A DNA stretch of 64,000 bases from Octopus sinensis (taxonomy: Eukaryota). Numbering within the stretch: position 1 is the first letter of the stretch; the number at the start of each line of letters is the position of its first letter. The translations under genes were made by a program, and so were the position numbers. Location: NCBI RefSeq assembly GCF_006345805.1, contig NC_043000.1:156860001-156924000 (forward strand), in the 5' to 3' direction. Shown piece after piece: positions 1-11,590 of this stretch. The notes beneath the pieces were generated by a model. The model saw only the letters and a list, made by a program, of their open reading frames with translations, was not told the DNA's origin and did not search any database.

Positions 1-868
1 AGCTCCGTCCATGTTTTATAGATTCATAGAGCAGCTCCGTCCATGTTCTATAGATTCATAGAGCAGCTCCGTCCATGTTCTGTAGATTCATAGAGCAGCT
101 CCGTCCATGTTCTATAGATTCATAGAGCAGTTCCGTCCATGTTCTGTAGATTCATAGAGCAGCTCCGTCCATGTTCTATAGATTCATAGAGCAGCTCCGT
201 CCATGTTCTGTAGATTCATAGAGCAGCTCCGTCCATGTTCTATAGATTCATAGAGCAGCTCCGTCCATGTTCTATAGATTCATAGAGCAGCTCCGTCCAT
301 GTTTTATAGATTCATAGAGCAGCTCCGTCCATGTTCTATAGATTCATAGAGCAGCTCCGTCCATGTTCTGTAGATTCATAGAGCAGCTCCGTCCATGTTC
401 CGTAGATTCATAGAGCAGCTCCGTCCATGTTCTGTAGATTCATAGAGCAGCTCCGTCCATGTTCTGTAGATTCATAGAGCAGCTCCGTCCATGTTCTATA
501 GATTCACAGAGCAGCTCCGTCCATGTTCTATAGATTCATAGAGCAGCTCCGTCCATGTTTTATAGATTCATAGAGCAGCTCCGTCCATGTTCTATAGATT
601 CATAGAGCAGCTCCGTCCATGTTCTGTAGATTCATAGAGCAGCTCCGTCCATGTTCTATAGATTCATAGAGCAGCTCCGTCCATGTTCTATAGATTCATA
701 GAGCAGCTCCGTCCATGTTCTGTAGATTCATAGAGCAGCTCCGTCCATGTTTTGTAGATTCATAGAGCAGCTCCGTCCATGTTCTGTAGATTCATAGAGC
801 AGCTCCGTCCATGTTCTGTAGATTCATAGAGCAGCTCCGTCCATGTTCTATAGATTCATAGAGCAGCT
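1..868. repeat. 32-bp minisatellite, 27 full units (AGCTCCGTCCATGTTCTRTAGATTCATAGAGC), cut by the window edge
   Basis: Unit starts at 1, 33 ... 865; near-identical units with no spacers. Confidence 0.97.
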
Positions 869-984
869 TTTGTAGCGTACTCTTTATGGAAGAGTTTGCC
901 AGCTTCTGGTTCGGTCTCTAGCATTTCTTGGAGAAAAGGGAGAGTGTAAGTTACAAATCCCCAGTTATTAAAGCACGATCGAGC
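856..984 (-). CDS. Candidate orphan terminal exon (ARSCFNNWGFVTYTLPFLQEMLETEPEAGKLFHKEYATKAAL*)
   Basis: Pyrimidine tract plus TAG acceptor at 987-985, then 42 open codons and TGA at 858-856. No homology recognised. Confidence 0.25.
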   Translation of the reverse strand, partial: ARSCFNNWGFVTYTLPFLQEMLETEPEAGKLFHKEYATKAAL

Positions 985-1020
985 CTATTATGAGAGGGAA
1001 GTACGAGAGGGGATAATGAT

Positions 1021-1410
1021 ACTCTTTTACTTGTTTCAGTCATTTGACTGCGGCCATGCTGGGCACCGCCTTTAGTCGAGCAAATCGACCCCAGGACTTA
1101 TTCTTTGTAAGCCTAGTACTTATTCTATCGGTCTCTTTTGCCGAACCGCTAAGTTACGGGGACGTAAACAGACCAGCCTCGGTTGTAAAGCAATGCTAGG
1201 GAGACAAACACAGACACACAAACACACATGTATATACATATACATATATATATGACGGGCTTCTTTCAGTTTCCGTCTGCCAAATCCACTCACAAAGCTT
1301 TGGTCGGCCCGTGGCTATAGTAGAAGACACTTGCCCAAGGTGCCACGCAGTGGGACTGAACCCGGAACCATGTGGTTGGTAAGCAAGCTACTTACCACAC
1401 AGCCACTCCT
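1021..1410 (-). mobile_element. tRNA-derived SINE family A, full length
   Basis: Head GGAGTGGCTGTGTGG (A box) and GGTTCAGTCCC (B box), central TA/TG microsatellite, tail GGCGGTGCYCCAGCATGGCC...AAGTAAAAGAG. Eight clear copies in the window. Confidence 0.9.
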
Positions 1411-2169
1411 GAGACCGTCGGAGGGAAGAAAGACAAAGTTGACCACTATGGAGGAGATATATGGAATTGATGCCGAAATGGGGTAAGGCAAAACTGATTT
1501 CAGCAAGATTTGGACTCAGAACGTTTAAAGAGCTGGCGCAATTACTACAAAGCCTTTGCCGGATGCTCTAACAACTCAACCAACCAAATAAGTCAGCCAT
1601 ACAACTTAACATTGTATAACAGTAATATCATCGTAACTTATTTTATTTAGACATAACCTATCCTATATTTCATCAGAAGGATAAAAGGAATATTATGATG
1701 TTCATGCCTCCACCATATGTATTAACAAAACAAAGGATACATAATGGCCATTGAAACTGTTGCAGGAACAATTCTATGAATGCTCAATACAAGTATTATT
1801 GTTCTTGAATTATTGAAATGCAACTGTTACTTAATAAATACTATAAATAAAGTTACTAATTATCTTATGAATATATTTGGCAATCCGTTCCCCGTGACTC
1901 CCTCTTCCAAAATTTCAAGCCGCATACACAGTGTAGATGAAGAGCTACCCCCAATGTAAGAGCAGCCAAATTTTCCTCAACCCAGCTATATTATCTTAAA
2001 AATTGGATACGACTTGTAAAATAGTTTTAGATCAACTGTATTTGCAAAAACAAAAGAATAGACGGCGACGCTTCAATGACGTTGACCATAGTAGATCTGC
2101 TCACTCATGTGTAACCTGGAGCTAAACAACAGCAAATAAAAACAAAAATAATAATGATAATAATAATTG

Positions 2170-2363
2170 CTCCAAATTTTGGCCACGAGGGCAGCTGGAG
2201 GGAGATGGGGCTGAGACGATTACATCTGGTACTTATTTATCGATCCCGAAAGGATGAAAAGTAATGTCGACCTCCGCGAAATTTGAACTCAGAACGGAGC
2301 GGTGGGCGAAATACCGCTAAGCATTTCGTTTAGCACGCTAACGATTCTGCCAGGTCGCCGCCT
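2170..2363 (-). mobile_element. tRNA-derived SINE family B
   Basis: Head GGCGGCGAsCTGGCAGAATCGTTAG, B box GAGTTCAAATT, (ATT)n tail. Confidence 0.8.
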
Positions 2364-2365
2364 TC

Positions 2366-2400
<35 letters not shown>

Positions 2401-2405
<5 letters not shown>

Positions 2406-2959
2406 ACTGGAAGCTATGCCAACACTATGGAATAACAACTGAAAAAAGATGGTATAGGTACACGCCAGAAAAGGTCACAGAAAACGAGAAAGCAACCATA
2501 CTCTGGGATATGCCAATACACACAGACAGAGAAATTAAGGCCAATAGGCCAGATCTAGTTGTTAGAGATCACGAAGAAAAAAATTATGTATCAATACCAG
2601 CAGATGACAACGTTTCTCTAAAAGAAATGGAGAAACTTTCAAAATACAAAGACCTGGAAATAGGGGTTAACTCGAATGTGGAATCTAAAAACAGAAACAA
2701 TTCCTATCATAGTGGGCGCATTAGGTATGATAAAAAATATTCAGACAAATACATAACAAAAATACCAGGACTTACAAATATATATAACATACAGAAAATT
2801 GCACTACTAGGCACTGCACACATCCTACGCAGAACACTTTCCATACAATAACCATCAGAGCATCACAACAAATCACAGCACATACCCAAGGCACACAGAG
2901 CTGCGCTCGATAGTGAAGTGAAAGCATGTTACAAAAATAAAACTACTGAATAATAATAA
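2401..2959 (+). mobile_element. R4/Dong-type non-LTR retrotransposon 3' end (restriction-like endonuclease), frameshifted
   Basis: IHWKLCQHY..ILWDMPIHTDREIKANRPDLV..EKLSKYKDLEI..KIALLGTAHILRRTL; 3' UTR ends in (TAA)n and the fragment is flanked by (TAA)n. Confidence 0.85.
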
Positions 2960-3055
2960 GGTCCCTGTTGTGACTTGACAAGCAGTACAAACTCCCGGTA
3001 GACACATTATCTTCAACCAAAAGCCTTACAATATTGTATACTGTGCGATGTCTAC

Positions 3056-3108
<53 letters not shown>

Positions 3109-3110
<2 letters not shown>

Positions 3111-3596
3111 TACATTGTTATGTCTTAGTATAAAAGATGGGCTACAGCAAATATTCTGCTCAATACCACAGATTTGCTTGTCAGTTGTTTGACCTTAACC
3201 AGTTGAGCATGTCCCTTAGTGGCTGACAATATGTGCATCTCTGATCACGAGCAGAAGTAGTGGAAGAGCATCATAGCCATGTTTTGAGAGGAATTCTTTG
3301 GGGTTTGAATAATTCACCTCTGGAAACATGGGTGTTTCGTTCAACATCCTTAAACAACCCTTATTCGGGGAACTTTTGAGCAGGATGGGTTACTCAACCA
3401 GAAGAAAATTCTAACTGGGCCCCAACTGCAAAGTTATGTGCTGTTTATCTTGATATGAGATCACCATGTCGCGCGCATATGGTTGTGATGCATGTGCCTA
3501 GTGTACCCTTATCAGACGGGTAGTCATGATGGGTATACTGGGCTTCGTTTATTTTACCCCAGTGTCACTTTGATGGCATGCACTGCTCTCTCACTC

Positions 3597-3633
<37 letters not shown>

Positions 3634-3651
3634 GTAATAATAATAATAATA
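3109..3651 (+). mobile_element. Unclassified (TAA)n-tailed repeat, family E
   Basis: About 490 bp of unique sequence also found at 3654-3960 and, inverted, at 62281-62828; always bounded by TAA repeats. Confidence 0.75.
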
Positions 3652-3653
3652 AA

Positions 3654-3973
3654 TGCCCTTTGGGGTTTGAATAATTCACCTCTGGAAACATGGGTGTTTC
3701 GTTCAACATCCTTAAACAACCCTTATTCAGGGACCTTTCGAGTGGGATGGGTTACTCGACCAGAAGAAAATTCTAACTGGGCCCCGCCTGCAAGGTTATG
3801 TGCTGTTTATCTTGATATGAGATCACCATGTCTCGCACATACGTTTGTGATGCATGTGCCTGGTGTACCCCCTTATCAGACGGGTAGTCATGATGGGTAT
3901 ACTGAGCTTCGTATATTTTACCCCAGTGTCACTTTGATGGCATGCACTGCTCTCTCACTCAATAATAATAATG

Positions 3974-4028
<55 letters not shown>
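3654..4028 (+). mobile_element. Family E, 5'-truncated tandem copy
   Basis: Repeats the 3' ~305 bp of the preceding copy, then (TAA)n. Confidence 0.75.
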
Positions 4029-4029
<1 letters not shown>

Positions 4030-4532
4030 TTTGGCACAAGGCTTGTAAGTTCAGAGGAGGGAGCAATTCGATTACATCGACCCCAGCACTGGTACTCACT
4101 TTAGCGACCCTGGAAGGAGGATAGACAAAATCGACTAAGCGTTTGGCGATTTGTATCCTGTAACTGGCAGGCGTTGAAATTGCTTAGAACACACCGAAAA
4201 TAGGGCAGAAGCTAAACGGAGCTTCAAACAGCAGCGGCATTAAAATTGACGACTGATTGTGTTAGCGTGCTTTGCTGTATTTAATTCCTACACTGACTAT
4301 TACTTGGGGGTGATAGTTTTCTGTGCAACCCTTGCGCAGTTGTAAATTAATGCGAAGTGGGAGGACTTTTTACCATATTGTCTTTCTCAGAAATTCGTTT
4401 ATAATTTCTGGGGTCGAGTAAATTGTTTTAATTTGAAATAACTTCTGCTAATCGGAACATCACGACATCACATTTCAAACAATTGTTCTAATAGTAACGA
4501 ATAACTAGCTGTTGTATATATTTTATAACTAG

Positions 4533-4917
4533 AGTGGAGGCGCAATGGCCCAGTGGTTAGGGCAGCGGACTCGCGGTCGTAGGATCGCGGTTTCGATTCC
4601 CAGACCGGGCGTTGTGAGTGTTTATTGAGCAAAAACGCCTAAAGCTCCACGAGGCTCCGGCAGGGGATGGTGGTGATCTCTGCTGTACTCTTTCACCACA
4701 ACTTTCTCTCACTCTTACTTCCTGTTTCTGTTGTACCTGTATTTCAAAGGGCCGGCCTTGTCACTCTCTGTGACACGCTGAATATCCCCGAGAACTACGT
4801 TAAGGGTACACGTGTCTGTGGAGTGCTCAGCCACTTACACGTTAATTTCACGAGCAGGCTGTTCCATTGATCGGATCAACCGGAACCCTCGTCGTCGTAA
4901 CCGACGGAGTGCTTCCA
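4533..4917 (+). mobile_element. tRNA-derived SINE family C, young copy with TSD
   Basis: A box TGGCCCAGTGG, B box GGTTTCGATTCC. TSD TTTATAACTAG at 4522-4532 and 4918-4928. Older copy at about 5323-5603 and an inverted tail at about 5702-5763. Confidence 0.85.
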
Positions 4918-4924
4918 TTTATAA

Positions 4925-5316
4925 CTAGCAGTATCGCCCGGCGTTGCTCCGGTTTGTTTCGACCCTTTAGATTTGGAATTTTTGAAAAGTAAAAATTTTG
5001 CATTGTGCAGCTTGTTATTCTCTTTAAGTGAACATTTTTCTGGTTGAAATACATCGAAAAATGGCGACACAGCAGTCAAAAAATCGCAAAAAGTAGGGAT
5101 TTTCATAGAAAAAAAGCACCTTTTTGATGTAAATAATTTTTGGTGTTAACATGGTCTGATTTGAATTTTTTATTCTACGGAAGGAAGAGCAAGCCTTCTT
5201 CTATCATACTCTCAGTTTTGGTCAACTTCCACCGCAGGGTCTTGGAGGAGATAGTGTTAGTTGAAGGCTACCAAACTTGCCATACATAGACAACTTCAGC
5301 TTTATATAGAGAGAGA
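4925..5316 (-). mobile_element. Non-autonomous Helitron
   Basis: Minus strand starts A|TCTCTCTCTATATAAAG and ends with a GC-rich hairpin (CCGG-N7-CCGG) about 10 nt before CTAG|T. No TSD. Confidence 0.7.
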
Positions 5317-6030
5317 TAGTTAAATGGCGGTGCACAGCGACTTAATGGCTGCGTGATTTGGTTCACGATAGTGAGGTCATGAGTTCGATTTCTTGTTCCT
5401 CCATTCCACCCAGCTGGCAAAAATGAGTTGTACTTGTAATTCAAAAGAGCTAGCTTTGTCACACTCTGTGTCACGCTGAATCTCCCTGAGGACTACAATG
5501 GAGGCACGCCTATCTGTAAAGTACTCAGCCACTTGCTCGTTAATTTCACGAGCAGGCTGTCCCGTTGACCGAATCAACAGGAATCCTCGTTGGTGCAACC
5601 GGGGAAAGTCAGGCCATAATAGTTAATTCTCATACTTAACTCATTCAATATTCAGTAGAAATAATTAAACATTGAGGGAAAATAGTTAAATGACTGGATG
5701 GATGGAAGCACTCCGTCGGTTACGACGACGAGGGTTCCGGTTGATCCGAATCAACGGAACAGCATTTCGCCCGACGTGCTAACGGTTGCGCCAGCACGTC
5801 ACATTTTTATGATAATAATAATAATAATAATAATTATTATTATTTTTAGCATTACCTAAAATTTCTAATTCGGGCAAACGTTTACATATTTTTGTGGGGT
5901 GGGGCACAGTCGATCTGAGCCAAAAATACAGAGAGAAAAAACTCTAAGGCCACGAAGTAGTAAGCCTAGAACTCCAAGATTGTGCTACGGAACGGATAAC
6001 AAGACAAAGCTCAAAGAAAAATCACGGATA

Positions 6031-6670
6031 TTAAACAGACAAAAAAATATACCACCAGAAAAATGAAACAAGCGTTGAACTAGATACATGAAAGAAATAG
6101 GTCATTCTACAAAAACCATCCTCAGTGTAAATTATGACCCAATTATGGTTATTTAAGCAATTACATGCTAGAATCAGCGGATCACGAACATCCCTAAGAT
6201 TCCTGGGAGCATTATACCACCGTGCGATCACCTCGGTCGGCGCCCCAGACGCAGCACTCCACTGAGGTCAAATCATCAGAACTAGAAGAAAAAAAAACAT
6301 AAAACAATCACGCATTCCACTCGGAGCTTGCCAGATATGAACACTCCCCACTTCATCACACATGACTTGTAATTGATGTCATCATGCATCACATATTTGA
6401 CTGTAGACCTCACCACCTCGATTTGCTCGCCGACGATCCACATCAACCCGCTACAGTTATTGTTGGCGATGTCCTGCAAATGCTGGACAAACTCATTTGT
6501 CCTGACGGCATCAAAACTGCTGGGAATGCTTTTTTCTTGGCTACGGATGACACATCGTTAACAGAAGCCTCCACCGCTTTTCTTACTCAGAACAGAAGGG
6601 ACTCCATCATATTAAAAAAGCTGGCGACTAGAACCGCAAGCACGTCATGCTTTTTTTATTTCCTGTGTCG
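6031..6670 (-). mobile_element. Decayed, internally deleted Tc1/mariner-superfamily transposase relic
   Basis: Broken frames give VRTNEFVQHLQDIA..TVKYVMHDDINYKSCVMKWGVFISGK (HTH region), SSSDDLTSVECCVWG (like SPDLNPLDYYVWG) and LILACN..VIIYTEDGF (C-terminus). Confidence 0.6.
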
Positions 6671-6695
6671 ATGTGATGGATATATCTAAAAGAAA

Positions 6696-7432
6696 GACGG
6701 CGAGCTGGCAGAAACGTTAGCACGCCGGGCGAAATGCGTAGCCGTATTTCGTCTGCCGTTACGTTCTGAGTTCAAATTCCGCCGAGGTCGACTTTGCCTT
6801 TCATCCTTTCGGGGTCGATAAATTAAGTACCAGTTACGCACTGGGATCGATATAATTGACTTAATCCGTTTGTCTGTCCTCTCTGTGTTTAGCCCCTTGT
6901 GGGTAGTAAAGAAATAGGTATTTCGTCTGTCTTTACGTTCTGAGTTCAAATTCCGCCGAGGTCGACTTTGCCTTTCATCCTTTCGGGGTCGATAAATTAA
7001 GTACCAGTTACGCACTGGGATCGATATAATTGACTTAATCCGTTTGTCTGTCCTCTCTGTGTTTAGCCCCTTGTGGGTAGTAAAGAAATAGGTATTTCGT
7101 CTGTCTTTACGTTCTGAGTTCAAATTCCGCTGAGGTAGACTTTGCCTTTCATCCTTTTGGGGTCGATAAATTAAGTACCAGTTACGTACTGTGGTCGATA
7201 TAATCGACTTAATCCGTTTGTCTGTCCTCTCTGTGTTTAGCCCCTTGTGGGTAGTAAAGAAATAGGTATTTCGTCTGTCTTTACGTTCTGAGTTCAAATC
7301 CCGTTGAGGTCGACTTTGCCTTTCATCCTTTTTGGATCGACAAATTAAATAGCAGTTGCGTACTGGGGTCGATCAAATCGACTGGCCTTCTCCCCCAAAA
7401 TTTCGGGCCTTGTGCCTAGAGTAGAAAAGGAT
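6696..7432 (+). mobile_element. SINE B multimer: head, three 174-bp units and a final unit with the alternative tail
   Basis: Unit starts at 6744, 6918, 7092 and 7266. Degenerate TSD GGATATATCTAAAAGAAA / GGATGTATCTAAAAGAGAAA. Confidence 0.9.
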
Positions 7433-8120
7433 GTATCTAAAAGAGAAATGACCCCGTAGATCACAAATTTTGCCCCTTGATCACAAATACTTAGCACATC
7501 TGGTATACCAAGTAAAAGTACAGTAAAAATGGCATGTACGGAACGTAAGAGACCACATTTTTCATGCTGGATATCAATATCCAATTTCTCGAGAGAAAGG
7601 AAATGCGTGTCTTGCAAACGATATCCTTGTTTAAATTTATTTAGTTTTACAATAGAAAGGTAAACCCACAGAGATTCAATGACAATCAGTATGAGGTAAT
7701 TGGAGGAAATGCATTTATTTTCTTTCCTCCAGCTCTTTCAGAGAGAAAAAGAAATTTGTCGAATTGGTCAGTAGCTACATTAAGGCATTGCTTTTTTTGG
7801 TGCGTAATTGATATTGATGTTATCTTGTTTTGGTCCAAGGCAGACATATGACCAAAGGTCTATCAGTCGTGATCATTAAAGACAGTGGCATGATGAAGAT
7901 TTGGCTGTTATTTCTAGTAAGGTCGAGTAACAGTATTGAGGCACTCTCGTTGGTATTGATGCTATAGTCTCCGGATTATAATCAGCAGACAGGTTTGACG
8001 GTCCTCTGATTATTTGGCATCACTTTTAACAAAAGGTTTCGCGCGATGAACGATGCTTTAGGTGTTAAGAAGGAAATTATTGTTGTTCAATAAATGAATA
8101 AAATTATATATAAAGAATAT

Positions 8121-8534
8121 AGGAGTGGCTGTGTGGTAAGCAGCTTGCTTACCAACCACATGGTTCCGGGTTCAGTCCCACTGCGTGGCACCTCGGGCAA
8201 GTGTCTTCTACTATAGCCTCGGGCCGACCAATGCCTTGTGAGTGGATTTGGTAGACGGAAACTGAAAGAAGCCCGTCGTATATATGTATATATATATACA
8301 TATATATATATATATGCGTGTGTTTGTGTGTCTGTGTTTGTCCCCCTAGCATTGCTTGACAACCGATGCTGGTGTGTTTATGTCCCCGTAACTTAGCGGT
8401 TCGGCAAAAGAGACCGATAGAATAAGTACTGGGCTTACAAAAGAATAAGTCCCGGGTCTAATTGCTCGATTAAAAGCGGTGCTCCAGCATGGCGGCAGTC
8501 AAATGACTGAAACAAGTAAAAGAGTAAAAGAGAG
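8121..8534 (+). mobile_element. SINE family A, full length
   Basis: Same head, body and tail as 1021-1410. Confidence 0.9.
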
Positions 8535-8557
8535 TATCCTTTTCTAAATAAAAATAA

Positions 8558-8750
8558 TTCTTTATATTATAAGCACAAGGCCTGGAATTTGGGGAGAGGG
8601 GGCAAGTGGATTACATCGACCTCGGTGCTCAACTGGTATGTATTTTATCGACCCTGAACGGAAGAAAGGCAAAGTCTACTCCAGCGGAATTTGAACTCAG
8701 AACGTAAATACGAACGAAATGCTAGTAAGCATTTTGCCCAGCGTGCTAAA
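8558..8750 (-). mobile_element. SINE family B
   Basis: GAATTTGAACTCAGAAC B-box region and family B body. Confidence 0.75.
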
Positions 8751-8875
8751 TAATTATAATGATGATGATGATGATGATGATTTTAAATTTTGGCCCGAGG
8801 CCAGCAAGTTCGGGACAGGGATAAATCGATTACAGAGTTCAACTGGTGCTTATTTTATCGACTCCGAAAGGATGA

Positions 8876-9290
8876 AAAACTGAGCAAATATAAAGATCTT
8901 GAAATAGAAATCAGCAAAATGTGGAACCTGAAGACTAAAACAATACCTGTTGTCATAGGTGCCCTGGGAATGATAGCAAAAGGGGCTGATTGCTACCTAA
9001 CTCAGATACCAGGAAACCCCAAAATGGCAGAAATTCAAAAGATAGTGCTCATATCCTACGCAAAATACTTTCTATGTAATCTCAAGGTTTAAAACAATTT
9101 TTTTTTTAGACATCCACTAGTACAACACAAAAAGCAACCAAATATATGGCAACAACGTCAACTTCCAACCTGTTGTCTCTTGAGGTCTCTGGGTGAGACT
9201 TGGAGCCAACTTGTACAAATATTAAGCAAAAGTCAAACATATAATAATAATAATAATATAATAATAATAATAATAATATAATAATAATAA
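8876..9290 (+). mobile_element. R4/Dong-type LINE 3' end, second subfamily
   Basis: KLSKYKDLEIEISKMWNLKTKTIPVVIGALGMI..IQKIVL; (TAA)n tail. Confidence 0.8.
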
Positions 9291-9494
9291 TCCTTTCTAC
9301 TATAGGTACAAGGCCTGAAATATTGGAGAGGGGAATAGTCTATTACATTGACCCTAACGTTTTACTGATTAATCGACCCCGAAAGGATGAAAGGTAAAGT
9401 CAAACGGCGGAATTTGAACTCAGAACGTAGTAACAGGCGAAATACTACTAAGCATTTCGATCGGCGTGCTAACGATTCTGCCAGCTCGCCGCCT
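9291..9494 (-). mobile_element. SINE family B, full length
   Basis: Head GGCGGCGAGCTGGCAGAATCG to tail AGTAGAAAGGA(TTA)n. Confidence 0.85.
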
Positions 9495-9495
9495 T

Positions 9496-9895
9496 ACTCT
9501 TTTACTTGTTTCAGTCATTTGACTGCGGCCATGCTGGAGCACCGCCTTTAGTCGAGCAACTCGACCCCGGGACTTATTCTTTGTAAGCCCAGTACTTGTT
9601 CTATCGGTCTCTTTTGCCGAACCGCTAAGTGACGGGGACATAAACACACCAGCATTGGTTGTCAAGTAATGCTAGGGGACAAACACAGACACACAAACAC
9701 ACACACGCATATATATATATATACATATATACGACGGGCTTCTTTCAGTTTCCGTCTACCAAATCCACTCACAAGGCTTTGGTCGGCCCGAGGCTATAGC
9801 ACAAGACACTTGCCCAAGGTGCCACGCAGTGGGACTGAACCCGGAACTATGTGGTTGGTTAGCAAGCTACTTACCACACAGCCACTCCTGCGCCT
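9496..9895 (-). mobile_element. SINE family A, full length
   Basis: Same head, body and tail as the other A copies. Confidence 0.9.
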
Positions 9896-10180
9896 TAATA
9901 ATAATAATAATAATAAAGAAGTGCTACGCTCTACTTTGAATGGACAAAATATATCATAAACATATTCAAAAGAAATTCTAATTAAAAGGTTACTGCAAAT
10001 GTTATTCACTTATTACTTAATTACGCCCCATTCTATAATATCCCACGTCCTACCAAAACACTATTACGCCCTGCCTTGAGAAACACTTCTGTAATGTATT
10101 TAGTGAGTTAATCTATCCCTGTCAACTTTGCATTCCTGATTTATAATATCTTTTATCATAACTCTTGGTAAAGCAGAATA

Positions 10181-11045
10181 ACCAATGAAGACGTCTATGG
10201 AAGAACAAAGCAGAAATCCAGTGTGCATCACAATGAAAGATCGTTGTTTGAGGATTCTTGGACATGTTTTTAGAATGCCATTAGCGAAACCCCCAAAACT
10301 CTCCTTCGATTGGGAGCCATAAATGGAAAAAGGAAACGCAGATGATCGTTAATTCCATGGAAGAAGACAATTCTGAATCTTCTAGATGCAGAGGAGTCGA
10401 GCTGGGAGAATACCAAAAGACTCACAGAAAACCGCAGAAGATGGAGATCTTTTGCTTCTGCTCCAGTATTCCACATGGATTAAAAGGAACTAATTTTATC
10501 GTGTTTCCTATTTCATAGATTTCGAGACAAAGTTTATAGATGAGATTATCTCTACGAGATTGTATTTATAATCTTCTCTTTGCTTTCGTTGATTAATGCT
10601 TATCTTAATATAACATCGCTATTTGCCACCGTATTTGGGTCTGAAAACAAACTTTAATTTTTAAAGTGTTTAAGTGGGGAAAATGCACTTAAATCTACTT
10701 AAAGTGGTGTCCAAGTGTTAAAAATCATCAGTATCTAGTTAACCATTCCGAAGTCTGTATACAATAAGCGTATAGCAGAAATCCACTATGCGCCAATCTG
10801 GGATTTCTGGGACGTTTTTAAAATGCCATCGACAAAACCCCTAAAGCTCTCCCTCGACTGGAAGCTAGAAGGTGGAAAAAGGAGATGTAGATGATCCTTA
10901 ATAAAATGTAAGAGGACAGTTCTGAATCTTCTAGATGCAGAAGAGTTGAGCTGGGACGATGTCAAATCACTTGGAGAAAACTGCAGAGAATGGAGGTCTT
11001 TTGTTGCTGCTCAATGTTCTATACGGAATAAGGGGACTTAACTAA
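10181..11045 (+). mobile_element. Two decayed RTE-type LINE 3' ends (about 10181-10493 and 10776-11045)
   Basis: Broken frames give TNEDVY..LRILGHVFRMP..PKLSFDWEP..GKRKRR..W..ENRRRWRSF; the two segments resemble each other. Confidence 0.6.
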
Positions 11046-11199
11046 CTTTTACCATAAACAACTGACGGTATCTGGTTTTATAAATACCAAAAATACTGCT
11101 AAATGAACTCACTATTGTTGAATAAATTATTTTAAAAAGATGCTATGTTCAGTTGGTCAGTAATGTTGGTCTACTAACAATTGTCGAAGCCAAGTTATT

Positions 11200-11590
11200 A
11201 TTCATCGTTTTAACGTCCTCTTTTCCATGCTTGCTTGGGTTGGATTGAATTTGTTGTAGCGGATTTTCTACGGTTGGATGGGATTAGTCGACAAATCTCA
11301 CCCGTTTCTAAATAAGGTGATATTTACGCACGGCCAGACATGTTTTCACGTAAGATTGGAAACAAAAGACCACTTGTATGACGATAACACACGTTTAAAA
11401 CAATCGCGCAATGTCAAGGCAAGGAAACAATAACACACATATACGACAAACTTCTTTCAATTTCCATCTAGCAAAATCTACCCATAAGGTTTTGGTTTGC
11501 TTGAGGTTACAGCACAAGGCACCTATTCAGGGTATCACGCAGTGGGGCTGAATCAGAACCCTTGTGATTGGGAAGCAAACTTCTTAACAT
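11200..11590 (-). mobile_element. Old SINE with an A-type head and a D-type tail
   Basis: 11440-11590 resembles the family A head; 11200-11290 resembles the family D tail (CATGGAAAA..GGACGTTAAAACGATG). Confidence 0.5.

Noticed and set aside
1-868. CRISPR-like array
   Set aside because: The 32-bp units are contiguous with no unique spacers, and the context is eukaryotic.
4533-4615. tRNA gene
   Set aside because: A and B boxes are present, but there is no acceptor stem or terminator and it continues into a SINE body with a TSD.
6686-7297. 203-aa repetitive ORF
   Set aside because: Antisense translation of the 174-bp SINE multimer (a multiple of 3).
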